From NCBI GenBank assembly GCA_049680365.1, contig JBAUHQ010000291.1, forward strand, positions 22 through 64,021: a stretch of 64,000 nucleotides of DNA, written 5' to 3'. Source of the stretch: Pirellulaceae bacterium. Lineage in GTDB: Bacteria; Planctomycetota; Planctomycetia; Pirellulales; Pirellulaceae. The notes below the pieces were generated by a model. It had not been told where the DNA came from. It was given only the letters and a program-made list of their open reading frames with translations, and did not search any database. Shown here piece by piece: positions 48,280 to 58,861 of this stretch (position 1 is its first letter; each line of letters begins with the position of its first letter). Position numbers and translations under genes: made by a program.

Positions 48280-49155
48280 CTAAACCGTCATCAAGGCAAC
48301 TGTTTCAGCAAACGACGTCGCTGGCGGCAAGAAGTAGCGAATCGTTGGTTCGCGGTGGACCTTTTGCGGATCAAAGCTGGTCCAATTCAAAAACCGATTG
48401 AACTCGCCGTCGCCGTGGAAACGCCGAATATGAAACGCGTCGCGTCCCGGCAAATTATAAGCACCAAACGCGCTGCAAAATCCCCATAGACCGGCTTCAT
48501 AAACCGCTTCGATCGCAGCCTGTGTCAGTTGCGGCGGCATGCCAAAAGGAAAAGCAAAGTACCGCACCTTGCGGCCAATCATCTGTTCCAACTCGTCCTT
48601 GGCTTCGATGATTTCGCTGCGAACTTGGTCGGCTGAAAACACCTTGGCAAAGTCCGCGTGACTGCGAGTATGCAGTCCGATTTCGATTCCCAAGTCGGAG
48701 AATTGACGAACTTGATCGACTGTGTTGACTGGCAGCGAGCATCCGTTCGCATCGTCATGCGGAAAGCCAGATTGATCTTTAACGCAATTTACCGTCACAA
48801 AGTAGACCGTCGGCATCTGCTTTTCGACCAGCAGAGGAAGAGCATACTCGCAGTTTTCTGCGTAGCCGTCGTCAAACGTGAACGTGATCGTTGGGCGATG
48901 CGATTCATTGTTCCGCACGCGGCGTTGTACTTCATCCAGACCTACGGGATCAAAATGCTCCAAGCAATAGTCGACTTGCTGGGCAAAAATCGACCGCGAG
49001 ATCGTCCAATCGTTGAGACGTTGGTCAGCGACGCGGTGGTAGAAAGGCACGAACATCGGAGCCTTGCCTTGGCGGCACAGCGTCTCCATCCGCGCACGAC
49101 GCCGCGACGCTGTCGCTGCTACTCGAGCCCGAAGTGCGATGTCGCGAAGTCCCAT
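48280..49155 (-). CDS. Polysaccharide deacetylase (CE4) family protein
   Basis: The TFTFDDGY motif (NodB-type DD) and LHTRSH are present. The ATG at 49155 is preferred over the 370-aa ORF-track start. Confidence 0.75.
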   Translation of the reverse strand: MGLRDIALRARVAATASRRRARMETLCRQGKAPMFVPFYHRVADQRLNDWTISRSIFAQQVDYCLEHFDPVGLDEVQRRVRNNESHRPTITFTFDDGYAENCEYALPLLVEKQMPTVYFVTVNCVKDQSGFPHDDANGCSLPVNTVDQVRQFSDLGIEIGLHTRSHADFAKVFSADQVRSEIIEAKDELEQMIGRKVRYFAFPFGMPPQLTQAAIEAVYEAGLWGFCSAFGAYNLPGRDAFHIRRFHGDGEFNRFLNWTSFDPQKVHREPTIRYFLPPATSFAETVALMTV

Positions 49156-49393
49156 ATTTGTGTCGTTTTGCCGTGCGAAGGGTAAAAGAAAGCTACCTCC
49201 TTGATTTAACACACTCCTGAGGCCATGTCCCCAACCGTCTGCTGGGCAAGCGAGGGTATCAAGCGTCCGGCAAACACTGGGGCAGGTCGTGACGGTTGTA
49301 GCAACGCTTCCCAGCTCCGACGGCACTCGACATCCATTACAATCAGGTTCCGTTTCTCGAATTTCCGTAGTTAGCACAAGGCAATTGCACACG

Positions 49394-50881
49394 ATGAATT
49401 ACTGCCGTTCTTTCTTGGCGCTGTTTGTTTTGTTCCTCTCGTACACGGTTGCTGGTGCTGCCGAGCGTCCCAACATTCTGATGATCGCAATCGACGACTT
49501 GAACGATTGGATCGAACCGTTGGGCGGGCATCCTGATGTCAAAACCCCAGCGATGAAGAGTTTGGCGCAACGCGGGCTGACGTTCACCAATGCTCATTGC
49601 CAAGCGCCACTTTGCAACCCAAGCCGAACGTCTCTGATGACCGGACGACGCCCGACGACGACAGGTGTCTACGGGCTGTCGCCATGGATTCGGACGGTGC
49701 CCGAGTTGAAAGACATTGTGACAATGCCACAACACTTTCATCAGGCCGGCTACCGCACGTTGATTGGCGGAAAGATTTATCACGGTGGAAACGGACGCGG
49801 CAAAGGACACCAATTGGAATGCGATACGTGGGGGCCGAACGCCAACGTCGGCGTCAAACCACCGCAAAAAATTATTCCGCCCACGCCCGGTGGCAATCAT
49901 CCACTGATGGACTGGGGCACGTTCGATCACCGTGACGAAGACAAAGGAGACTGGAAAGTTGCTTCCTGGGCCGTCGACGAAATCAAGAAAATGCCAGACG
50001 ACAAACCATTCTTTTTGTCAGTCGGTTTTTTCTTGCCACACGTACCGTGTTACGCAACGCAAAAGTGGTTTGACCTGTATCCAAACGAAACGCTGACGAT
50101 GCCGCCCATTTTGAAAGGCGACCGTGACGACACGCCTGAATCATCTTGGTTCATTCATTGGGATTTGCCTGAACCACGACTCAGTTGGTTGGAAGCGAAC
50201 AACCAAACCAAACCGCTGACGCGAGCCTATTTGGCGTCGGTTAGTTTTGTTGACAGCCAAGTCGGTCGTGTGATCGAGGCGTTGGAAGCGTCACCTTACG
50301 CCGATAACACAATCGTCGTTCTCTGGAGTGACCACGGTTACCACATGGGCGAGAAGCAAATCTCGGGAAAGAACACTTTGTGGCGGCATTCGACACGCGT
50401 ACCACTGATCTTTGCTGGCCCCGGCATTCCCGAGAGCCAGGTTTGCAATTCGCCTGCGGAACTGTTGGACCTTTATCCAACGCTTTCTCAGATGGCTGGG
50501 TTAGACGCACCAGCGGAAATGGAAGGCATCAGCTTGATGCCGCAGATAAGGGATCCGACAACCGTCCGTGAGCGTCCCGCGATTTGCACACACAACGCTG
50601 GCAACCACAGCGTTTGCGACACACGTTGGCGATACATCGTCTACGCCGACGGAGCCGAAGAACTATACGATCGCGACGTCGACCCCAACGAATACACCAA
50701 CTTGGTCGCGCCAGGCAAAGACCGCAGCGCCGTCGAACCCGTGATCGCAACGCTAGCGAAATGGCTGCCCAAAACGGAATCAGCGCTCGCTCCTGGCAGT
50801 GCCCACCGCATTTTGGAAAAACGCGATGACGGCTTCTATTGGCAAGAAAAGAAAATCGATCCTGCCGCCGCTGTGAAGTAA
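49394..50881 (+). CDS. Sulfatase (formylglycine type)
   Basis: Signal peptide, then RPNILMIAIDDL, then CNPSRTSLMTGRRP, then WSDHG. Confidence 0.9.
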   Translation: MNYCRSFLALFVLFLSYTVAGAAERPNILMIAIDDLNDWIEPLGGHPDVKTPAMKSLAQRGLTFTNAHCQAPLCNPSRTSLMTGRRPTTTGVYGLSPWIRTVPELKDIVTMPQHFHQAGYRTLIGGKIYHGGNGRGKGHQLECDTWGPNANVGVKPPQKIIPPTPGGNHPLMDWGTFDHRDEDKGDWKVASWAVDEIKKMPDDKPFFLSVGFFLPHVPCYATQKWFDLYPNETLTMPPILKGDRDDTPESSWFIHWDLPEPRLSWLEANNQTKPLTRAYLASVSFVDSQVGRVIEALEASPYADNTIVVLWSDHGYHMGEKQISGKNTLWRHSTRVPLIFAGPGIPESQVCNSPAELLDLYPTLSQMAGLDAPAEMEGISLMPQIRDPTTVRERPAICTHNAGNHSVCDTRWRYIVYADGAEELYDRDVDPNEYTNLVAPGKDRSAVEPVIATLAKWLPKTESALAPGSAHRILEKRDDGFYWQEKKIDPAAAVK

Positions 50882-50960
50882 TGACGCACGAATGTCCGCA
50901 TCCTTTACGTGGAACAGCCCCAGACCGGCATGGATGTCGGCCGATTTCCTGAACTGCACA

Positions 50961-52133
50961 TTAACTCAATGCCGTTCGAATCGCTTGTTCCAGGTCAGCT
51001 TGCAGATCGTCGAAGGATTCCAGGCCGACGGAGAGGCGGATTAGGCCATCTGTGATTCCGAAGCGGGCGCGGTCGGCTGCATCGTAGCTGGCGTGCGACA
51101 TCGTAGCAGGTTGTTCGATCAACGATTCGACAGCGCCCAGACTGACGGCAAGATGAAACAGTTTGGTCGTTTCACAAACCTTGGCGGTCTCTTTGATGCC
51201 CGCATCTAGCTCGAACGTCACGATCGCACCGAAACCGCCATCGAGCAATCGATTGGCGACGTCGTGCTGTGGATGGGATTCTAATCCTGGATACAAAACG
51301 CTTTTGACACTCGAATGCTCCTGCAACCAAGTTGCTAGTCGCAAGGACGTCGCCGACTGTTCACGAACACGCAGGTCAAGTGTTTTGAGTCCGCGTGACA
51401 CTAGAAAACAACTCAGCGGATCCAGTACCGCGCCGGTGGCGTTTTGAATGTAATACAGTTCGTCGAACAGTTCTTTGTCGGCAACCGAGAGCGTTCCGCC
51501 TAAGCAATCGCTGTGCCCCCCCAAGTACTTTGTCGCCGAGTGCATGACGATATCGATACCGCACTCCAACGGACGAATCAGCGATGGCGTCCCGAAGGTG
51601 TTGTCGACGCCGATGCGTATACCGCGAGCGCGAGCGATTTTTGCCAAGGCCGGCAAATCGGGAATCGACAATCGCGGATTGCCAATCGTTTCGGCCCAGA
51701 TCAATTTTGTTTTATCCGTGATCGCGCTTTCGACAGCCGACGTATCCGTCATGTCAACCAGAGTCACTTCGATGCCAGCGCGATTGCAGATTTTGTGCAG
51801 CAAGCGATAGGCGCCACCGTACAAGTCACAGCCAGCCAATACATGATCACCGGTGCTCAGCATCATCGTGACTGCGTGGATCGCGGCCATGCCTGACGAA
51901 AATGCAAGTGAACCGCATCCGCCTTCCAGCGAAGTCAGCGTAGACTGCAGATTGCTGCGAGTTGGGTTTCCGCTACGCGAATAATCGAAATCACCCCAAA
52001 CGCCTGCGCCGGGTTGGCGAAAGGTGCTGGCAAGGTGAATCGGCGGAACGACTGCGCCAGTTCGCTGATCGATTTCGTTTCCCACATGAATCGCGCGGGT
52101 GCGAAACGAATGCTGCGGATCAGACTCACTCAT
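50961..52133 (-). CDS. Cys/Met-metabolism PLP enzyme (cystathionine gamma-lyase/synthase or beta-lyase family)
   Basis: 390 aa. HSATKYLGGHSD is the PLP-Lys motif. The start overlaps the upstream stop (ATGA). Confidence 0.85.
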   Translation of the reverse strand: MSESDPQHSFRTRAIHVGNEIDQRTGAVVPPIHLASTFRQPGAGVWGDFDYSRSGNPTRSNLQSTLTSLEGGCGSLAFSSGMAAIHAVTMMLSTGDHVLAGCDLYGGAYRLLHKICNRAGIEVTLVDMTDTSAVESAITDKTKLIWAETIGNPRLSIPDLPALAKIARARGIRIGVDNTFGTPSLIRPLECGIDIVMHSATKYLGGHSDCLGGTLSVADKELFDELYYIQNATGAVLDPLSCFLVSRGLKTLDLRVREQSATSLRLATWLQEHSSVKSVLYPGLESHPQHDVANRLLDGGFGAIVTFELDAGIKETAKVCETTKLFHLAVSLGAVESLIEQPATMSHASYDAADRARFGITDGLIRLSVGLESFDDLQADLEQAIRTALS

Positions 52134-53437
52134 GACGACAGTGCTTGCTGAAGATCAGCGATCAAATCTTCCGCGTTCTCAATTCCGCAGGACATCCGAA
52201 TCATGTTATCGGCGATGCCAAACGTCTGGCGTTCTTCTGGCGTGCAGTGAAAATAGCTCATAATCAACGGTTGTTCGATCAACGATTCCACGCCACCCAA
52301 ACTTGGTGCGATTCGAGGAATCTGTGCTGCGTCGACCACCTTGGCGGTCTGTTTCCAATCGGCGTCCTTGATCGTAAACGTGATCAATCCGCCGAACCCA
52401 CGCATTTGCGAAGCGGCGATTTCGTGCGAGGGATGCGATTTCAAACCAGGATAGTAAACACGTTCGACGCGCGGATGTGCGTCCAAGAACTCGGCGATTC
52501 GTTGGCCGTTTTCGTTGTGGCGTTGCATGCGAAGCTCGAACGTTTTCAGTCCTCGCTCGAGCAGATACAAGTTGTGTGACGAATTCACGCTGCCCAGAAT
52601 GCCGCGGAGTGAACGGACTGATTCCAACTGTTCCTTGCGACCGCAGATCACGCCAGCCATCAAGTCGTTGTGGCCACCCAAATACTTCGTTGCCGAATGC
52701 AGCACATAGTCGACGCCAAAATCGACGGGGCGAATGTTGTATGGAGTGGCCAATGTTGCATCGATCAACGTTTCCACTTCGTTCGCTTTTCCTACCGCAG
52801 CGAATCGTTCCAAGTCGACGGCGGTTAGATGCGGATTGGTCGGCGATTCGCTGACCAACATTTTGGTGTTTTTGTTGATCGCTCCTTCCATCGCTTCGAA
52901 GTCGCCTGTTTTCACTTGACGGGTCACGACACCAAAACGTGAAAGATGTTTGGTGCAAAATTCGCGACTGCGGTGATAGCACTGATCGAAGAAAACGATT
53001 TCGTCGCCCGAGTTCAGCTTACTCATCAGCAACCCGACGATCGCGGCCATCCCGCTGCTGTACAAGATCGCTTCTTCGGCACCTTCCAGGGCAGCCAATT
53101 TGGCTTCGACACTTTTTTCGTTGGGCGTTCCGTAACGACTGTATTCTTCGCGCTGTTCGTTTCCGTTGACGAAACGCAGCAACGATTCGGTCGACTCAAA
53201 CGTATAAGTCGATGCCGTAAAGATCGGTGCCGTGATGGAACCTTCACTTTTCTGACGTCGCTCGCCCGAATGAACGCTTCGAGTCGACAGGCCACAATCC
53301 GGCTGTAGTTGCGTCAACGCGGGTGGCGGAATGACTTGATTGGAAGAATCTGCCACCGAAGAATTGGTTTCGGGGCCATTTTGAGACGATTGCGAACCGG
53401 TGTTCGCATCAGATTCGATAGACATGTTTGTTTGCAT
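52130..53437 (-). CDS. Cys/Met-metabolism PLP enzyme paralog with an N-terminal low-complexity extension of about 50 aa
   Basis: HSATKYLGGHND is the PLP-Lys motif. The Ser/Asn/Gln-rich N-terminus is unlike the downstream paralog. Confidence 0.85.
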   Translation of the reverse strand: MQTNMSIESDANTGSQSSQNGPETNSSVADSSNQVIPPPALTQLQPDCGLSTRSVHSGERRQKSEGSITAPIFTASTYTFESTESLLRFVNGNEQREEYSRYGTPNEKSVEAKLAALEGAEEAILYSSGMAAIVGLLMSKLNSGDEIVFFDQCYHRSREFCTKHLSRFGVVTRQVKTGDFEAMEGAINKNTKMLVSESPTNPHLTAVDLERFAAVGKANEVETLIDATLATPYNIRPVDFGVDYVLHSATKYLGGHNDLMAGVICGRKEQLESVRSLRGILGSVNSSHNLYLLERGLKTFELRMQRHNENGQRIAEFLDAHPRVERVYYPGLKSHPSHEIAASQMRGFGGLITFTIKDADWKQTAKVVDAAQIPRIAPSLGGVESLIEQPLIMSYFHCTPEERQTFGIADNMIRMSCGIENAEDLIADLQQALSS

Positions 53438-53765
53438 GGCTCTTTAGCAGTTAGGCTGCAAGTGGCCGTAAATCCCAGTAAAAACGCGACAGCGAGATGC
53501 ACTTCGCCTGCGTCACACCGACCACGATAGCCGCGCTGAGGCGTTTCGACAAGCGTTTTCGGGCTTTCATTTCGCCGAGAATGTCTCGAAGATACTTATA
53601 GGCGGAATGAACCTCCTATTTTGACGCCGCAAAGCTCCGGCACGACAACGCGCCACCCGACGAACACCAACGAACCGACACATCGACGAACCGTACACTG
53701 ATGAAGAAGGTCCTTGAGTCTTGAAACGGCTAACTCTGAAAACATCTCCCATATCGCCGCACCCC

Positions 53766-55082
53766 ATGTCACGCTTGTCGTTGATCGGGGGATGTATTGC
53801 TCGCGTCGCGGCAAGCGTTGTGATCGCTTTGTTGACAATCGCTCCCCTGGCAGCGCAAAACCCAGTCGACGGTCCAGTCGACGGTCTCGACGCACTTCCG
53901 TCAGGATCCGATCCAGCGACAAGTCCTGTCCCTGCCTTTCCAAGGCCACCAGCAGGGACGGAAAAGAAGTCGAAAGTGCAGCCAACGCTTTCGGATAGCC
54001 AGTCCAAACAAGCGAAGGAGTGGTTGGAAAAACTTGCATCCAGCGAATTTGCTGTTCGCGAACGCGCCGCAGAAAACTTGCTTGGGCTTGGCGAATCGAT
54101 CGTTCCTTTGCTTCGCGAGCATTTCAAAAACAACAGTAGCGCGGAAGTGAAACTTCGCACCAAGACGCTGATTAAACATCTTAACGATGGCGACTTGGAG
54201 GCGCGGATCAAAGCGTTTGCAAATGGCGAAGACGTTGGCTTTGAAGGCTGGCCAGTTTTCCGAATCATGTTTGGTGAATCGGGCAAGTCACGTGACCTGT
54301 TCGTTGAACTGGTGCGGAACTATCCGGAATTGATCGAATCGTTCCACGGCACACCACGTGACCGTGCGTTGGCGATGAAGGCGATCACCGAAACCTTGGA
54401 CGTCAAACGACAGCGGATACCGTTTCAACTGACCGTAGCGGACGCCGTGGCACTTTTGCTGCCAGTGACGGACGAAGACGTTCCTTTGAGCGACGAATAC
54501 GAAAGCAACATGATGATGATTTTGCAAATGGCGCCGGCCAGCAGAGCCCCCATGGATCCAGTGATCGGCCGCTCTTACACAGGACTGCTGAATGCTTGGT
54601 TACGGCGAAGCACCCTGGGGAATCGTGAAAGAGTTTTGAACTTTGGACTTCAAACCGATCTGACAGCAACGTACCCACTAGCGTTGAAGACGTTTGCACA
54701 ATCCAAAGAACCACGTACGTTGGCGATTGCGATGCAAGCGATCAGCCGATTTGGCCGCGTGCACGATGTTTCATCGATCGAGCCCTATCTGGATGACAAT
54801 CGTGTTTTGTCGGTTAGCTTGCTTGCGGATGGAAAACAGTCACGCGTGCAAGTGTGCGATGCCGCTATTGCCACGGTCGCGAAACTGTACGATCTGCCGC
54901 TGACCGAACTAGGTTTGCCTGCGTTGGCCAACAATCAGAAATACGGATTCATCTACGAAGACTTGGTATATCGCGATGGCGATGAAAAAACGCCTCCTGC
55001 TGAGCAACAGCGCCGCGCCGCGATTGCCAAAGTGAAGCAACTGATCAAGGCAAGCAAATTGACCGAACCGGCCAAGCTGTGA
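53766..55082 (+). CDS. Secreted HEAT/ARM-like repeat protein (hypothetical)
   Basis: Signal peptide MSRLSLIGGCIARVAASVVIALLTIAPLAAQ. FAVRERAAENLLGLGESIVPLLREH is HEAT-like. The start is ambiguous, either the TTG at 53721 or the ATG at 53766. Confidence 0.5.
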   Translation: MSRLSLIGGCIARVAASVVIALLTIAPLAAQNPVDGPVDGLDALPSGSDPATSPVPAFPRPPAGTEKKSKVQPTLSDSQSKQAKEWLEKLASSEFAVRERAAENLLGLGESIVPLLREHFKNNSSAEVKLRTKTLIKHLNDGDLEARIKAFANGEDVGFEGWPVFRIMFGESGKSRDLFVELVRNYPELIESFHGTPRDRALAMKAITETLDVKRQRIPFQLTVADAVALLLPVTDEDVPLSDEYESNMMMILQMAPASRAPMDPVIGRSYTGLLNAWLRRSTLGNRERVLNFGLQTDLTATYPLALKTFAQSKEPRTLAIAMQAISRFGRVHDVSSIEPYLDDNRVLSVSLLADGKQSRVQVCDAAIATVAKLYDLPLTELGLPALANNQKYGFIYEDLVYRDGDEKTPPAEQQRRAAIAKVKQLIKASKLTEPAKL

Positions 55083-55093
55083 TCTTGTGCGAC

Positions 55094-56188
55094 CTATGCG
55101 ACTGCAACGGTTTCGCTAAGCACGCGTTCGTAAGCGTCGACCATGGCGTCCCAGCCAAAACACTCGGTCACGCTGCGTCCAGTTTGTCCGATCTGTTCCC
55201 GCATCGTGGTCTCTTCAATCAGCCGTGTTAACCCGGCAGCCAATTCGCCGCGATCGTTTGGCACCAGCAAACCGTTGAATTCGTTTCGGATGATCGCTCG
55301 GGGGCCACTTTCGCAATCAACCGCAATACTGGGTACTCCGACAGCCATCGCTTCCAGCAACGCCGATGGAAATCCCTCGTATCGACTTGGTAACGCAAAA
55401 ATAGTTGCTTCGGACAATTCTTGCCACACAGGGCAGACCCAACCTGGCATGGTCAACCGATCGTCCAATGCCAACGCGTCCGCCTGCGACTGCAACTTGT
55501 TACGCAACGAGCCTTCGCCCAACAACCGCAAACTCCATTGACTATGTTGCTGCGAAACAGTGGAGAACGCGTCCAACAATCGATCAAACCCCTTCTCATG
55601 TTCCAATCGTCCAATCGCAAGGATTCGGCGATTCGCTTGAGCAACCGTTCGATCTGATTGCATGGGCGGTGCGTCAATGGCGGAAGGAATGACGTCAACA
55701 TCACGACGGCAAATCGGTTGCAAAAACTCCGCGGCCGTTTGCGTCAACGCAATCACGCGATCAGCCCGGCAGTAAACGCGTTTGCGTCGGTGTTCCCACC
55801 AGCGTCCCAAGTGTTGCTTGGTCGGATCACTGCGTTCGCTAATCACGACTGGCAGCGAACGTTGTTTCAATCCTGTCAAAACATCAATGTTCGTTCGATC
55901 GCAAAATGACAACACGACATCTGGTTTTTGATTCAGCAGTGAATCTCGGATCATCGCAATCCGTCGCCGACTGTTGATCGCCCGTTCGACCAACGACCTG
56001 CTCTCGCGCATTAGATCGAGTGGCACGCGGCGGACGCTGTCGGACAATGAATGCCGATTTTTGGCACCATTGTCCAACGTTATCAAAACGACTTCGTGCC
56101 CTCGATCACTCAGCCGCGACGACAATCCAGCCATCACGCGTTCCGCGCCGCCGCCGTCGAGCGAATGGATGATGCAGGCGATTTTCAC
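55094..56188 (-). CDS. GT-B glycosyltransferase (family 4-like)
   Basis: MKIACIIHSLDGGGAERV and EGFPSALLEAMAVGVPSIAVD (the E-x7-E region). Confidence 0.85.
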   Translation of the reverse strand: MKIACIIHSLDGGGAERVMAGLSSRLSDRGHEVVLITLDNGAKNRHSLSDSVRRVPLDLMRESRSLVERAINSRRRIAMIRDSLLNQKPDVVLSFCDRTNIDVLTGLKQRSLPVVISERSDPTKQHLGRWWEHRRKRVYCRADRVIALTQTAAEFLQPICRRDVDVIPSAIDAPPMQSDRTVAQANRRILAIGRLEHEKGFDRLLDAFSTVSQQHSQWSLRLLGEGSLRNKLQSQADALALDDRLTMPGWVCPVWQELSEATIFALPSRYEGFPSALLEAMAVGVPSIAVDCESGPRAIIRNEFNGLLVPNDRGELAAGLTRLIEETTMREQIGQTGRSVTECFGWDAMVDAYERVLSETVAVA

Positions 56189-56414
56189 GAAGGAGCTAGG
56201 TTAGGAGGGAAGAACATCGGTTTGTGCGGTGCGTGCAGGTTTTTACGAAAACACGAATCTTGACGATTGAAACGTTTACACCAGCGAATTAGCCTAGCTA
56301 GGTAGGCACGGGGGTGCCCGATCAGGCGAATGGCATCGAACCAGGTGCATTTCTACGTTTGTGATCGGTCTCCAAGTTCGTATCCTATCTTCGCTCAGCC
56401 TGTTGAGGTTCCTG

Positions 56415-56855
56415 ATGAAACGGTTTGCTGCCACCATCGTTTTGGCAATTGTTGCCGCTGTCTGTACTTCCGAATCGGCCTCCGCTCAACAGCCTTGCGG
56501 CTTCGGTGGATTCCAACCCTTTGGATTCTATCAACCCTACGGAGCTCGGTACGGCGCTTCGATGCCAACTCCACCGTACTTTGCGCTCAATCCACCTGTC
56601 TACTACGGTGCTCGGTACGCTCGGCCATACGGAATCAGTCCATTTGCGTCGCCTCCCGTGGTCACAGCCCCCACAGGCTACCAGGGTCAGTTGCGTCCCG
56701 ATTTCCAACAAAGCTTGCCGTACTCAGGTGCATCACAGCTTCACGCAAACCCCCACGTCTCCCAAAGCAATTCTTTCGCGGCGCCGTCGGCCAAGAAAGG
56801 CGAAGTGCAATTCAATCACTTCGTAGCCACCGAAGACAAACTGGCTCGCCAATAG
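56415..56855 (+). CDS. Small secreted Tyr/Pro/Gly-rich protein (hypothetical)
   Basis: Signal peptide MKRFAATIVLAIVAAVCTSESASA. This is followed by GFYQPYGARYG, PPYFALNPPVYYGARYARPYGISPFA. Confidence 0.55.
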   Translation: MKRFAATIVLAIVAAVCTSESASAQQPCGFGGFQPFGFYQPYGARYGASMPTPPYFALNPPVYYGARYARPYGISPFASPPVVTAPTGYQGQLRPDFQQSLPYSGASQLHANPHVSQSNSFAAPSAKKGEVQFNHFVATEDKLARQ

Positions 56856-56923
56856 CTTTTGCGTTCTGCCCCGAAAACACGATGCTTGATCGCTCGCAAA
56901 GCCCAATAGACATTTTCAAAACA

Positions 56924-56957
56924 AGCCGGAGACTGAACTTCAGTCCCTGGCTTTTTT
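56924..56957 (+). terminator. Probable rho-independent terminator
   Basis: The core hairpin is gactg/cagtc. An extended stem with bulges (agccgg / cctggct) is followed by tttttt at 56952-56957. Confidence 0.6.
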
Positions 56958-57246
56958 GTTGATATCGCGAAGAGCTGATGGCAATAGTGACGGTCAAACT
57001 GAGCCGAAACAGCACCGACCTGCCCCCCCTCAAACGGAGGTTTTTCCGTTCAAGATACTTCCGTGTCTTTAATTAATGGTGTATGGGGTTATGCTATTGG
57101 TGCTGAATTACGAACGCCTTTATGGGAGTTCCAACACCGGGGGGGAGATTCGCTATCGATGTTCATCGTCGGTCGCTCGTTCGCTTTATTGAATGAGCAT
57201 CTTTCCTATTTTTACATCTGCGTATCTACGTTAGCGAACGTTTGTC

Positions 57247-58854
57247 ATGTCATCCAGTGATAATGCTCCCCTTACTCTGACCGATATCCTGGCCGGAGCT
57301 TGGCGACAAAAGTGGTTTGCGATTCCACTTTTTTTGCTACTTAGCTTGTTCTGCGCGGCGATGCTGTGGGTGCTACCCAATCGATATGCATCCGAAGCAC
57401 AATTGCTGGTTCGGCTTGGTCCCAACGCGGTGGCCATGGACCCCAAGACGGATTTGAGCCACACGGTTTCGTTGCAAGAAAGCCGATTGCACCAAGTCAA
57501 TTCCGTCATGGAGCTGATCAATAGCCGCGAGATGATCGAACGAGTTGCGAAGCAAGTTGGAACGGATCGAATCTTGGAGCCCATCGGTTTTATTGAAAAC
57601 GCCAAAGCCATCGTCGGCGGCCTTTTGCCTAAGCAACAAGCCACCAGCCAAAATGGTTATTCCGCTACCGAGATCAAAGAATTGGTCGAACTGGGAGAAG
57701 CTTGCAAGAGACTCGAGCGAGGGCTTTCTGCAAGCGTTGGCAAAGATGCCTATACGATCGATATCAGCTACATCAGCAATTCTCCTTTCCTTTCGCATGA
57801 CGTCGTCGCTGCACTTTTGGAGCAATACCCTCGCTATCACGCGCGCGCCCACGGATCAACGGGTTCAGTCGAGTTCTTTGACAGGGAAGTAGCCGCTACT
57901 TTGGAAACGGCAACAGAATCGCAATCCAAATTGCGTGATTTAAAAGTGGAGATGGGGATCGTTGATCTGGATTCTGAAAAAGTCGCTCTGCAAGAAAAAC
58001 TCAGTGAGCTGGAACGATCATCCAACAGCACTTCCGTGCAACTTGCAGAGGTCCAAGCTGAGTTGGCAAGTTTGAAAACCGAATTGACTTCGATGCCAGA
58101 TCGAATCGTCGCCGAAGAAACAACGGGGATTTTCAAACACTCCGGTGCGTTGGTTCGCCAAGGTCTGTATGAACTGGAACTGAAAGAAAAGGAGCTTTCG
58201 ACGAAGTTTAACTCTGACCACCCCAAGATGCAGGCTGCCAGAGATCAACTGCAGCAAGCTCGCATGATCGCCAATTCAGAGATCGGGCAAGCACCTCAGG
58301 TGCGAAACGTTGCCAATCCAATCCGCCAAGAAATGGACCTGCTGTATCGTCAGGCGATCGCAAAACAAGCGGGTTTGCAGGCCAAAAAGGAACAACTTCA
58401 AAAGCAACTTAGCGCTGCCAAGGAACAACTTGTCACGCTAAATACTGCCAGTGCCGAACTGACTCGACTGACCTGGGATGCCGATGTCGCTGCCTCCACG
58501 TATGTCGACGCCGCGAAACGACTTGCCAATGCGAAGCAGGTTGCTGATTTGGAAGCGTTGGAATTGAGCGATGTTGCGATCGCACAACAAGCCACTCTAC
58601 AGCTGACAAAAACTGGCCCGCTACGCCTTTACATTGGTGCTGCATGTTTGGCTGTGGTCGGATTCATCACGCTTCTGTTGGCTGCCTTGCGAGACTCAGG
58701 ACGCAGCAACACGTCACCAAACGCCCGTCCAACCAAACGTAAGAGAGTCAGCGTTTGGAATGAACCTTCGCCTCGCTCCCGTGAACCTGAAGCATCTGCC
58801 GAGCCGCTGCTCAGTGAATCCGAATCGGAACTTTCCGAAGCCACCGCGCGGTAA
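57247..58854 (+). CDS. GumC/Wzz-type polysaccharide chain-length determinant protein (no kinase domain)
   Basis: N-terminal TM helix followed by PNRYASEAQLLV (Wzz-like). A long coiled-coil periplasmic region and a second TM helix (LRLYIGAACLAVVGFITLLLAAL) follow. Confidence 0.75.
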   Translation: MSSSDNAPLTLTDILAGAWRQKWFAIPLFLLLSLFCAAMLWVLPNRYASEAQLLVRLGPNAVAMDPKTDLSHTVSLQESRLHQVNSVMELINSREMIERVAKQVGTDRILEPIGFIENAKAIVGGLLPKQQATSQNGYSATEIKELVELGEACKRLERGLSASVGKDAYTIDISYISNSPFLSHDVVAALLEQYPRYHARAHGSTGSVEFFDREVAATLETATESQSKLRDLKVEMGIVDLDSEKVALQEKLSELERSSNSTSVQLAEVQAELASLKTELTSMPDRIVAEETTGIFKHSGALVRQGLYELELKEKELSTKFNSDHPKMQAARDQLQQARMIANSEIGQAPQVRNVANPIRQEMDLLYRQAIAKQAGLQAKKEQLQKQLSAAKEQLVTLNTASAELTRLTWDADVAASTYVDAAKRLANAKQVADLEALELSDVAIAQQATLQLTKTGPLRLYIGAACLAVVGFITLLLAALRDSGRSNTSPNARPTKRKRVSVWNEPSPRSREPEASAEPLLSESESELSEATAR

Positions 58855-58861
58855 AGACTGT

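Noticed and set aside
52206-52982. 258-aa alternative-frame ORF inside the PLP-enzyme gene
   Set aside because: It is on the same strand but out of frame with a gene that carries the PLP-Lys motif, and it is very Arg-rich.
53438-53720. SAM-I / SAM-II riboswitch upstream of the Cys/Met PLP genes
   Set aside because: I could not match the conserved SAM-I core (for example the GAGGGA / GCAACC / GGUGC blocks) or a convincing SAM-II pseudoknot. Only a generic hairpin plus U-run is supported.
53567-54286. 239-aa minus-strand ORF overlapping the HEAT-like gene start and the met-operon leader
   Set aside because: It is low-complexity and Ser/Ala/Arg-rich. The plus-strand frame has a proper signal peptide and repeat motifs.
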